Under the pieces are notes generated by a model. It had not been told where the DNA came from, did no database searches, and saw nothing but the letters and a program-made list of their open reading frames with translations. A DNA stretch of 53,325 nt from positions 437 to 53,761 of the forward strand of contig JBHENH010000006.1 in the NCBI GenBank assembly GCA_046262135.1, written 5' to 3'. This DNA is from Pyrinomonadaceae bacterium (lineage in GTDB: Bacteria; Acidobacteriota; Blastocatellia; Pyrinomonadales; Pyrinomonadaceae). The translations under genes were made by a program, and so were the position numbers. Shown here piece after piece: positions 9,123 to 17,524 of this stretch (position 1 is its first letter; the number at the start of each line of letters is the position of its first letter).

Positions 9123-9506
9123 ATGAAAAAATTAACTACTGCCGCACCTAAAACCGTAGACGACTATCTCGCCGCCTTCCGGAAGACGCGAGGGCCACGC
9201 TTGAGAAGATTCGCAAAAACAATTAGGGCCGTCGCGCCCAAGGCTACGGAAGGGATCAGCTACCAGATTCCGGTGTACAAACAAAACGGAATGTTGGTGG
9301 GCTTTGCCGCCTTCAAGAACCACTGCAGTCTCTTCCCCGGCACAAAAGCTCTGGTGACATACAAGGATCAGTTGAAGGGCTACAAAACATCTAAAGGCAC
9401 TATTCAGTTTCCCATCGGCAAACCACTACCAGCCGCGCTGGTTAAGAAGCTTGTTAAGGCGCGTGCCGCAGAAAACGAACGGCGCGTGGCGCGGAAAGGA
9501 AGCTAA
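9123..9506 (+). CDS. DUF1801 (YdhG-like) protein carrying an internal compensated frameshift patch
   Basis: TVDDYLAA..TIRAVAPKATEGISYQIPVYKQNG..FAAFKNHCSLFPG..SKGTIQFPIGKPLPAALVKKLVKAR. The family motif LPEDARATLEKIRK is encoded in another frame at 9176-9223. Confidence 0.8.
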   Translation: MKKLTTAAPKTVDDYLAAFRKTRGPRLRRFAKTIRAVAPKATEGISYQIPVYKQNGMLVGFAAFKNHCSLFPGTKALVTYKDQLKGYKTSKGTIQFPIGKPLPAALVKKLVKARAAENERRVARKGS

Positions 9507-9541
9507 ACGATCGTAAATCGATCGATGCGAAGGAGAACGGT

Positions 9542-9925
9542 ATGACCTATGTGCTGTGGATTATTCAGGTTTTGCTGGCCCTGCTTTTTCTGTTTGCCGG
9601 AGGAACGAAGCTAGTATTGTCCCCAGAGGTGTTGAAGTCGATGGGCTCGCCAAATCAGATACTGCTCCCAAACCTGTTCATACGATTCATTGGTGTGTGC
9701 GAGGTGCTTGGTGCGCTTGGTTTAATTCTTCCTGGACTGTTGCGGATTCGTCCCGCTCTAACACCCCTGGCCGCCGCCGGATTATTAGTCATCGTGATAG
9801 GAGCGACAATTGTCACATTTCTCGGTGACGGAGCTGGGCCTGCGTTGGTTCCGTTTGTGGTCACGATCCTATGCGCCTTCGTCGCTTACGGTCGCTGGCG
9901 CCTGGCACTACACCCTGGACGTTAA
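9542..9925 (+). CDS. DoxX-like family membrane protein
   Basis: Four transmembrane segments with LALLFLFAGGTKL and GVCEVLGALGLILPG motifs. RBS gaaggag lies upstream. Confidence 0.75.
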   Translation: MTYVLWIIQVLLALLFLFAGGTKLVLSPEVLKSMGSPNQILLPNLFIRFIGVCEVLGALGLILPGLLRIRPALTPLAAAGLLVIVIGATIVTFLGDGAGPALVPFVVTILCAFVAYGRWRLALHPGR

Positions 9926-9937
9926 CGTGTTTGGAGT

Positions 9938-9958
9938 GCGGTGACCTGTCACCGCTTT
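9938..9958 (+). terminator. Putative intrinsic terminator after the DoxX-like gene
   Basis: Hairpin gcggtga-cctg-tcaccgc followed by ttt, 13 nt after the stop. The T tract is short. Confidence 0.45.
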
Positions 9959-10190
9959 AGTCCGCGGCAACTTGACGCCGTGAAGGTGCAGCATGGATTT
10001 GCACAAAAAGTGCTTCGCTTAAACGGCAGGCCGGTCGCTACCCTTCCGGCTCTGATACGGCCAGCCAACTCACGTATCTACTTGTTGTGCAAAGCCTCGC
10101 ACTGCTTCGCGGCACAGCCGCGCGTGCACCGCGAAACGACCAATTGGTCACATGACGTTCCCGAACTCCTGTAGTAAAATAACTCCTGGT

Positions 10191-10256
10191 TTGATTACAC
10201 CAATTCCCTTCTCCAGATATGAAGGGAACCCAAAAACCTTGTAAGCGTGTAATCAA
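10191..10256 (+). promoter_or_regulatory. Nested hairpin in the 5' leader of the pilin-like gene
   Basis: The outer arms ttgattacac (10191-10200) and gtgtaatcaa (10247-10256) pair. The inner arms ttcccttc (10204-10211) and gaagggaa (10221-10228) also pair. The 3' arm ends 6 nt before RBS aaggag. Confidence 0.4.
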
Positions 10257-10270
10257 ATGTAAGGAGATTT

Positions 10271-10756
10271 ATGAAATCGTACCGTACTACTCGCGCTGGA
10301 CAGAGCGGCTTTTCCCTCATTGAGTTGATGATCGTGATTGCGATCATCGGCATTCTCATCGCTGTAGGCGTAACCGGATGGAAGGCCGCGGTTAAATCAG
10401 CCAACGAGGCGGCTGCCATCAAAACGCTTAGAACAATCGCCGAACAACAAATGCTCTATTTCAATTCTCACCAACGCAGAACCTTTGGTACGTTCGACGA
10501 GATGCTGAAGGAAAACATGCTTGACAGTCGCTTTGCGGGCACCACTCCGGTGGTAGACGGTTATGTTTACCAGATGCGGGTCATCCCTAAATCCACTACC
10601 ACGCAGGCCGGATTCGCGGTGAATGCTGATCCGCAGGTAACAGAAGGCGTGGGCGCGACCGGAAAGAACCATTTCTATCTCGACTCCGACAGCAATACGA
10701 TTCACGTCAACGAAACACAACCCGCAACTGTTTCCGATCCGCCCATTGGGGGATAA
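10271..10756 (+). CDS. Type IV pilin / type II secretion pseudopilin-like protein (prepilin N-terminal methylation domain)
   Basis: AGQSGFSLIELMIVIAIIGILIAV is a class III signal with the conserved Glu5. No other pilus or T2SS genes are in the window. Confidence 0.85.
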   Translation: MKSYRTTRAGQSGFSLIELMIVIAIIGILIAVGVTGWKAAVKSANEAAAIKTLRTIAEQQMLYFNSHQRRTFGTFDEMLKENMLDSRFAGTTPVVDGYVYQMRVIPKSTTTQAGFAVNADPQVTEGVGATGKNHFYLDSDSNTIHVNETQPATVSDPPIGG

Positions 10757-10965
10757 CCAGCGCTTTCGAGAACCGGTCGCTCGCCATATTTACCCTCAAG
10801 CTGGTAATCTACAGCTGTCAGGAATTCTTGAACTGGATTACTGACGTTTGAATCCCCTCACTGCTTCCCAAACTGCCACGCAAAGCCGCACGTTTTCAAC
10901 GCCCAGAACGACGCTCTTAAAGTAGTATCCGCGTAAGGGTGCCTTGCGTACGATTCATCCCAACT

Positions 10966-12027
10966 ATGTTCCCTGTCAAAAGAGCTCTGTTAATCCTGAA
11001 CCGTGCAGCGGGAACCGGGCACGGCGATGCACTCGCGCAAAAACTGAGTTTCCTATTTAAGGAATCGCTGACCGAGGTGTCCGACATTGAAGTCGCGACG
11101 GTAAGCGATCACCGGGCAGTCCGTTCCACTGCGTCTACGTTCATGGACCGTTCGGAGGACCCGGCTTTGATCATCGCAGGCGGCGGGGGAGGAACCTTGC
11201 GTGCCGTCATTGAAGGAATCTGCGGTGATGATCCGTTGAAACCTTTGCCGGGTCCGCTTCGTGTTCGGGTTGGAGCTTTGCGCATGGGTTCCGGAAATGT
11301 AGTCGCCAAAGAGTTGGGAGTACCACGAGATCCAGTGGAGGCTCTGCGCGCTTTAATGCAGAACCTGGCTTCCGGACAAATGACGAAATGTTGTGTGATG
11401 CGCTGTGAGGTCTGGAAGAGTTCAGGAGCCAGCGACACTTATTATGCTACAACGCTGATAGGACTCGGACAGTTTGGCAGGATTCCAGGCGACCTTCAGC
11501 GGTGGCACTCCTTCGCACCGGATCTACATAGAAGCATCGCGCGTATGTTAGGTATTGAAGCCGTCACTAATATTGAATATGCAATCGCGTTACTATTTCG
11601 CTCAATTTCGTGCGCGGCCGTCACCGCGATGACAGAGGCGATACAGATCTCTTTTCAGGAAGAACATGAGCGAATGCGACTCCTTTCTGGAGCGGTGATG
11701 AATTTCGCGATTAAGCACTTTCCTTTCCAGCCCGGCATCAGCATCGAAGACGAGGCCGTCTGCATTTATTTGGTCCCGGCAAAAGGAAAGTTTTCGGCCT
11801 TGCGTCAAATCTATCCAAAAAGCGTTGTCGCTGGCGCGCGCCGGATCAGACTGGAAAAAGATCAGTCACTGGAAATCCGGCTTACCGACCGAAAGAGTGT
11901 TGAGTTTTTTCTCGATGAGGACCCCTTAACTGCGTTTGGGCGTCTGCGCGTTGGAGTGGCCGGCTCCATCGCCTTCGTGCCTGGTCCCGACTATCAAGTG
12001 AAGTCCGGCGAAGGAGTCTCCGCATGA
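10966..12027 (+). CDS. DAGK_cat / LCB5 / YegS-type lipid kinase family protein with an atypical GGGGT motif
   Basis: RALLILNRAAGTGHG.., IIAGGGGGTLRAVIEG and RMGSGNVVAKELGVP. An alternative GTG start lies at 10939. The stop overlaps the next start (ATGA at 12024-12027). Confidence 0.75.
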   Translation: MFPVKRALLILNRAAGTGHGDALAQKLSFLFKESLTEVSDIEVATVSDHRAVRSTASTFMDRSEDPALIIAGGGGGTLRAVIEGICGDDPLKPLPGPLRVRVGALRMGSGNVVAKELGVPRDPVEALRALMQNLASGQMTKCCVMRCEVWKSSGASDTYYATTLIGLGQFGRIPGDLQRWHSFAPDLHRSIARMLGIEAVTNIEYAIALLFRSISCAAVTAMTEAIQISFQEEHERMRLLSGAVMNFAIKHFPFQPGISIEDEAVCIYLVPAKGKFSALRQIYPKSVVAGARRIRLEKDQSLEIRLTDRKSVEFFLDEDPLTAFGRLRVGVAGSIAFVPGPDYQVKSGEGVSA

Positions 12028-13829
12028 CGCTTCACGTTTGCATCCTGGGAATCGACGGCAGTGGTAAGAGCACTATTACCGCCACCCTTCCTCGATTACT
12101 GGCCGCAGAAAGCGGACTCGTAGCAGGTTCCGCCGGAGAGACTTTTTGCATCGTGTCCGCCGTCGAAGACCAGTTGGTTGCGAGCTTTTATCCAGATGGT
12201 CTACCCATGTCCGCGCGGTTATCCATGAGGCTGAAGCGTGCGGCCAAACGATGGGTGAACCATCCTTCGTGGTACCCCGTAGTGAAGCTCGCTCAAATGC
12301 TTGCACAAGACAGTGCAGCGCGTACGTTGGCCCAGCGTTATGCAGCCGCTATTTTTGTCAGCGATGGCAACGCATTCCTTTCAAGCACGGGACGCGCGGC
12401 AAATTACCTCAGGGCGGCAAGCGAGGGCGAGACAGACCGAGTGCCGGCGCCAAACACTGATGATCTTCGTTCCGTTTTCTCTTACATTTTTGATGACGCC
12501 AGGATCCCGGAAGCAAGCCGGCAAAAGCTACCGCGTCTCGAGCGTGGCAAATTGATTTACAAACTGAACAACTTGTTGGGCCTACGGGCAGTTTGGTTGC
12601 CGGATGTCGTCATCTTCCTCGACCTCGCCCCCGAAGTCGCACTGACACGTATCAGGTCCAGAAGTCAGAAGATTGACAAGCACGAGAATCTCTCAGATCT
12701 TGCACAGGCGCGGGAAATGTATCTCCTAACATTAGAAGCGTTTCAAAATTACCGTGCCCGCGAAGTGGCCCATTGCATCCGAGTCGATGATCTAACCGCC
12801 GGGCAAACTGCAGCGGCAGTGTTGGAAGTGCTCAAACCTCACACGCGGACGACGTCTCTGATTGACAAAGACCGGGGCGCCCCGCTGGGTACGATCGAAC
12901 ACCCAACCAGCGAAATTCGCGACAAGGCTTCCAACTTCCGCTACGTGTTCAGATATTTACTGCCGAAGTTGTTCAAGGGGTCCTGGCGAGAACCCACGTT
13001 CTTTTTCTCCGAGCTGGGACGCCTGTTCCTGAAAGAGGGATATTCCGCGAATGTCATGCGGGTGATTTATGACCAAAACGAAAAAGAGTATGGACGATTT
13101 GATTGCACCTTTCTGGAGTATTCCCTTCACCGCGCTGTTTACGACCGTTTACAAATTCTAGTTAAGAAAGTAAAGCCGGAAATAGAGCAACGACTTGTGG
13201 GCGACCGTGAGGTTCGTATCATAACGGCGCCAAGCGGTTTTGCGTACGACCTGTTGCGACCGCTGGAAGAAATTGCACGCGACGATCCGGGCGCGATGGA
13301 GCGCGTTCACGTCGTCGCGGCAGATCTGGATCCGCAAGGTATCCTCGACGGCACCTTAACAGAGCGCGCAAAGCAACTCGGTATTAAATTCACCTTCTTG
13401 CGCGGTGACATAACGGATGAAGCTGTGCGTGAGCGGCTGGCTGAGTCGGCGCCTTTTGATTTGGCTTTCTTCGTGGGGCTATCGAGCTGGCTGCCCAAAC
13501 CTCAGACACTCAAACATCTCACCTGGCTACGCGACAATCTGCGACGAGACGGCCGACTGATTACAGATTCTTTCACCCCCGAAGCCTATGCCCTCTCAGG
13601 CCGGTATATTGGATATAAAGCTAACTATTACACGCCTGAAGTTTATAAAGTGATGCTCGACTATTGTGGCTTTGATGGCCTGACGGCCGATATAACATCC
13701 GGCCGCGACGGCATTAATCATGTTTTTGTCGTCGCCCCGCGGACAAACCCCTGGATGCAGGAAGAAATGCAAGCCAGCACATATGACCTCACGGCCGCAC
13801 ACCAGGATGGGACTCGATACATTCAATAA
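12024..13829 (+). CDS. Fusion protein with an N-terminal thymidylate-kinase-like P-loop domain and a C-terminal class I SAM-methyltransferase-like domain
   Basis: P-loop ILGIDGSGKSTI and a kinase-like body to about residue 280. The C-terminal Rossmann pattern is VRIITAPSGFAYDL..VHVVAADLD..FLRGDITD..FDLAFFVGLSSWL..DGRLI. Confidence 0.7.
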   Translation: MTLHVCILGIDGSGKSTITATLPRLLAAESGLVAGSAGETFCIVSAVEDQLVASFYPDGLPMSARLSMRLKRAAKRWVNHPSWYPVVKLAQMLAQDSAARTLAQRYAAAIFVSDGNAFLSSTGRAANYLRAASEGETDRVPAPNTDDLRSVFSYIFDDARIPEASRQKLPRLERGKLIYKLNNLLGLRAVWLPDVVIFLDLAPEVALTRIRSRSQKIDKHENLSDLAQAREMYLLTLEAFQNYRAREVAHCIRVDDLTAGQTAAAVLEVLKPHTRTTSLIDKDRGAPLGTIEHPTSEIRDKASNFRYVFRYLLPKLFKGSWREPTFFFSELGRLFLKEGYSANVMRVIYDQNEKEYGRFDCTFLEYSLHRAVYDRLQILVKKVKPEIEQRLVGDREVRIITAPSGFAYDLLRPLEEIARDDPGAMERVHVVAADLDPQGILDGTLTERAKQLGIKFTFLRGDITDEAVRERLAESAPFDLAFFVGLSSWLPKPQTLKHLTWLRDNLRRDGRLITDSFTPEAYALSGRYIGYKANYYTPEVYKVMLDYCGFDGLTADITSGRDGINHVFVVAPRTNPWMQEEMQASTYDLTAAHQDGTRYIQ

Positions 13830-15450
13830 ACGGTCCCGACCCTCTCTCTTCCGTAAGCTTTCGGCAGGGCCCTTCGATCTCCTGGTGATCGGTGGGGGCA
13901 TCACCGGTGCTTCTGTGTTCCGTGATGCAGCATTGCGCGGGATGCGGGTTGCGCTTGTCGAGTCTAAAGACTTTGCTTCGGGCACCAGCAGTCGCAGTTC
14001 GAAACTCATCCACGGCGGTCTTCGTTACATAAAGAACCTCGGGTTTGGTCTTGCGTGGGAATCCTGCCACGAACGTGACCTCCATGTTCGGCTTAATAAG
14101 CGACTTGTTCGACCCCTACCTTTTCTCGTTCCACTATATCGAGATCGTGGTGAACCACGGTGGTTGATGCGGCTGGGGATGGTGTCTTACGAAGCCCTCT
14201 CGGGGTTTCGGAACCATCGGTTTCATCGTTTCCTGAGCCGCGAAGAAACTTTATCGCTGGCGCCTGCATTGCCCCCTGAAGGATTAACTGGAGGTTGTCT
14301 CTACTACGACGCGGTGGTCAACGACAGCCGTTGGACTATGGAAATCATTAAGGACGGAGTGGCCCACGGCGGCATTGCTATGAACTACGCTGCGGTAACA
14401 GGATTATTAAATGAAGATAAACAGGTCGCGGGAGCGCAGATTAACGATAAACTTTTCGGTGGCCACTACGATGTCCACGCCCGAATTGTAGTTAACGCAA
14501 CGGGGATATTTGCCGATCAAATCCGTAGTCTCGATGGCCAGAGTGCCCGGAAACTCCTGCGACTTTCGAAAGGGACTCACCTGGTCTTCGCTGAGGAAGA
14601 CCTACCGCTATCAGTAACGATCGTTTTCCCTTCTCCCATCGACGGTCGCTCGCTTTTCCTCGCGAAGCATGAGGGTTGTTTCCTTTACGGCACCTCCGAC
14701 CAATGGGAAGAAGCCAGCCCAAGCCTCCCGCTTCCCGCACACACTGACGTTGAGTATCTGCTCTCTTCGCTAAACCAATTCATGCCGGAGGCACAACTAG
14801 ATCGGAGCAAGGTACAGTTTGTGTACAGTGGTTTTCGTCCGCTTTTATCTCCTGATGACGGCAGAACAGATCCTTCCGCGGTTAGCCGCGAACATTACAT
14901 CGAGATATCTGAATCGGGATTGGTGAGCGTGGTCGGTGGAAAACTGACCACGGCAAGAATTACGGCCACTCGCGTTCTCGATCGCGTTTTTGAGAAGCTC
15001 GGGAATGACCCCGCCTGGTCAACATGTCGAACACACAAGGTTTCTATAGGAGGAACCAACGAGGCGGTAGCGGAAAGTTTAGCCTACTGGGTAAGACGTT
15101 GCCCCCGACTGACTTCATACTTCAGAGTGCTGTACGAACGTTATGGACTCGACGCAGCCGACATATGTGCTGAGGTTGCGCGAATCAATGAAGGTCCCAA
15201 TGCTGAGCAGGCGGAGCCCATTCGAGCGGAAGTACAGTACGTCTGTCGCCATGAGATGGTTTGCACACTTGAAGATCTCATTGACCGCCGGGCCGGATTT
15301 CTTTATTGGAATGCCGAGAAGAGAATTGAGCGATTGCGTTACGGTTCACATGTCATTCGTGCTGAATTAGATTTGACCGAAGAAGAATTCGAAGCGCAGT
15401 TGTTGGCTTACACCGAACATCTTAACCGGTTTCACTCTTTACCCAGGTAA
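13807..15450 (+). CDS. glpD: FAD-dependent glycerol-3-phosphate dehydrogenase/oxidase-like protein
   Basis: FDLLVIGGGITGASVFRDAALRGMRVALVE..GTSSRSSKLIHGGLRY, plus a C-terminal helical domain. ATG 13807 lies 23 nt inside the preceding gene. The ORF track start at 13720 is unlikely. Confidence 0.8.
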   Translation: MGLDTFNKRSRPSLFRKLSAGPFDLLVIGGGITGASVFRDAALRGMRVALVESKDFASGTSSRSSKLIHGGLRYIKNLGFGLAWESCHERDLHVRLNKRLVRPLPFLVPLYRDRGEPRWLMRLGMVSYEALSGFRNHRFHRFLSREETLSLAPALPPEGLTGGCLYYDAVVNDSRWTMEIIKDGVAHGGIAMNYAAVTGLLNEDKQVAGAQINDKLFGGHYDVHARIVVNATGIFADQIRSLDGQSARKLLRLSKGTHLVFAEEDLPLSVTIVFPSPIDGRSLFLAKHEGCFLYGTSDQWEEASPSLPLPAHTDVEYLLSSLNQFMPEAQLDRSKVQFVYSGFRPLLSPDDGRTDPSAVSREHYIEISESGLVSVVGGKLTTARITATRVLDRVFEKLGNDPAWSTCRTHKVSIGGTNEAVAESLAYWVRRCPRLTSYFRVLYERYGLDAADICAEVARINEGPNAEQAEPIRAEVQYVCRHEMVCTLEDLIDRRAGFLYWNAEKRIERLRYGSHVIRAELDLTEEEFEAQLLAYTEHLNRFHSLPR

Positions 15451-15506
15451 CAGCCTGCGTTTCGCAGCGCGGGACGCCTGTCTGCTTCACCGCAAACATC
15501 AAGCGG

Positions 15507-16484
15507 TTAAGTCAGAAACGCCAGTCTCGCGGCGCCGAGCACTCCTGCATCGTCGCCACATTGAGCCCGTACAATGTTCACGCGCCGCGCAGGTATGGGA
15601 AACGCCCTTTCAGTCACCTGCTGGCGCATCTCTTTCTCAAATAGCTCCCACGCGTTTGATAGACCACCTCCGATGATGACGATTTCGGGGTCCAATATGT
15701 TGAGGAGATTGGCGATGCCGATTCCAAGATACACGGCTATTCGTCTAAATACTTCCAGCGCCAGTTCATCACCTTCTAAACCTGCTCGATAGATATGTTT
15801 TGACGTTAGATCTGCGCACGTGCGTACCGAAGAATTTGGATAACGCGGTCGCGCTTCTACTGTCATGCGTACCACTGCGGTCGCTGAAGCGTAAACCTCA
15901 AGGCAGCCTCGGCTTCCGCACCCGCAAGCGACGTCCCCAAATGGGTCGACACTCATGTGTCCTATTTCAGCAGCTGACCCGTCAGCACCTCGCCATAGTT
16001 TGCCGTCAAGAACGATTCCCCCGCCGACCCCGGTTCCCAGTGTCAGACAGATTAGAGTCCGGTAGCCCTTTCCCGCGCCTCGCCACATCTCACCAATCGC
16101 CGCTGCGTTTGCATCGTTCTCTAGGATTGCCGGCCAGTCGAGCTCACTCTTCAACGCGGCACTAAGACGAAACCCGTCGAGACACTGGAGATTCGGCGCT
16201 TTAACGACCACGCCATTAGCGACATCAACCGTCCCAGGAACGGCAACCGAAACGGCCGAGATCACCGACCCTTGAGCAGCCGCCTGCCGCTCGCATTCAT
16301 GAGCGGCATCGACCAGCGTCCGCACAATTTCGTCTGGCGTGTCGGCCTGTGGTGTAGGTTGCATAAACCGGCAGTCGATCTTGCCGCTCCGATCCACAGT
16401 GGCTGCGCGAAGGTGCGTCCCGCCAAGGTCCGCCGCAAACACCAGCTCAGATTGAGCGCGAGCTTTTCCTTTTGAATCAACCAT
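15507..16484 (-). CDS. ROK-family glucokinase
   Basis: FAADLGGTHLRAA.., LTLGTGVGGGIVLDG and the Zn motif GHMSVDPFGDVACGCGSRGCLE. ATG 16484 is preferred over TTG 16568. Confidence 0.85.
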   Translation of the reverse strand: MVDSKGKARAQSELVFAADLGGTHLRAATVDRSGKIDCRFMQPTPQADTPDEIVRTLVDAAHECERQAAAQGSVISAVSVAVPGTVDVANGVVVKAPNLQCLDGFRLSAALKSELDWPAILENDANAAAIGEMWRGAGKGYRTLICLTLGTGVGGGIVLDGKLWRGADGSAAEIGHMSVDPFGDVACGCGSRGCLEVYASATAVVRMTVEARPRYPNSSVRTCADLTSKHIYRAGLEGDELALEVFRRIAVYLGIGIANLLNILDPEIVIIGGGLSNAWELFEKEMRQQVTERAFPIPARRVNIVRAQCGDDAGVLGAARLAFLT

Positions 16485-16503
16485 TAATTCTTCGCCGGGC
16501 TTT

Positions 16504-17028
16504 TCAGATATCGTCCTGCAACCGGAGCTGGAGTCTCCAGATTGCGACGTCCGTAAGGTTAATGGCAAGACGGATGAACTGCGCCATGGACCAGGCTAGA
16601 GGTGTCGCCGCACCGGTGCCTTCGCCAAAACGGAATTGGGGACCGGGGCTCTCCGGTCGATCCCAGATTTGCTCAGGGATCATCAGGCCGTCGTTCGCAA
16701 AAGCCATCATGGTATCCAATCTAGTGCGTGCTGTACTAACGTGTTCGCGCGCCAACTCGTATTCGCCTCGTTCGCCGGTGAGCAACGCCCACAAGCGCCC
16801 CTGACCGGAGCGGCCATCATAATTGCCGCCGTCGGATGTTTCACCATAGGCGTCGTGATTATCTCTCGTTCTGTTCACTTGCTGAAATGAAAGCGCGCGA
16901 TGATCAAGCACTCGAATCTCGTGTTGCATGTCGTCACTTTCAGTTTGACAACCTGCTGGAGTGCAGACGATCAACTGCAGAGTTTGCGTGTTTGGTACGT
17001 CAATTCGGGGGTAATACGCCTCAGTCAT
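16504..17028 (-). pseudogene. Remnant of a GH15 glucoamylase with an N-domain fragment fused to the C-terminal catalytic fragment and most of the gene missing
   Basis: EAYYPRIDVPNTQTLQLIV..HEIRVLDHRALSF (N-domain-like) joins directly to HDAYGE..GRLWALLTGERGEYELA..GLMIPEQIWD..GTGAATPLAWSMAQFIRL (GH15 C-terminus-like). It is only 174 aa, whereas bacterial GH15 enzymes are several hundred aa longer. A stop lies immediately upstream of the first Met. Confidence 0.6.
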
Positions 17029-17054
17029 CTACCGACGGCTTCGCCGCTACCTTT

Positions 17055-17194
17055 GCGGTAAGCCTATGGCTTACCGCAGACGGAATCACTTGTTCGAAGG
17101 CTCCGCCTCAACCCTTTGCGATTTCGGCCGGACCGATCCCGGAGGCTTAGCCTCGAGAAGGAAAGCCCTTTCCGGTAAGCCATAGGCTTACCGC
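17055..17194. repeat. Pair of 23-nt palindromic hairpins bracketing about 95 bp between the two decayed glycosidase genes
   Basis: gcggtaagcc-tat-ggcttaccgc lies at 17055-17077 and ccggtaagcc-ata-ggcttaccgc at 17172-17194. Stems are identical and the loop is inverted. Both share the left flank ccttt. Confidence 0.7.
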
Positions 17195-17472
17195 AACGAC
17201 GGCGGCAGAGCCGGGACTACTGATTCGCAAAAATTGCCGTGGATCGCGCGCCGCCACGGTTACCTTGACATGCCTGGCATTTAGGCGAGCGCCTGAAAGA
17301 TTCCTTCCGCGAATTAGCAAACGCACCGGATTGATCGAGTTCTGGTCCACCAACTTGGAGGCTCAACTTTAATCACTTCTGGACCGCGCGGTTGCGCACT
17401 GCCGCAGATACTCGCGCAGACAACAAACGTGAGAGCGCGTATTAGGCGTGAAGTTTGTCTAAGTCGCATCAT
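17147..17472 (-). pseudogene. Frameshifted and truncated N-terminal fragment of a cyclomaltodextrinase/alpha-amylase-like (GH13) gene
   Basis: Signal peptide MMRLRQTSRLIRALTFVVCASICGSA, then EVIKVEPPSWW (Cyc-maltodextrinase N-domain-like). The sequence continues in another frame as VDQNSINPVRLLIRGRNLSGARL..VKVTV and then runs into the palindromic element. Confidence 0.5.
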
Positions 17473-17524
17473 ACGGAAATTTTCGCGAATCCCCTCTGCA
17501 TTGTCGTTTAGCTCTCTTCCTTGT

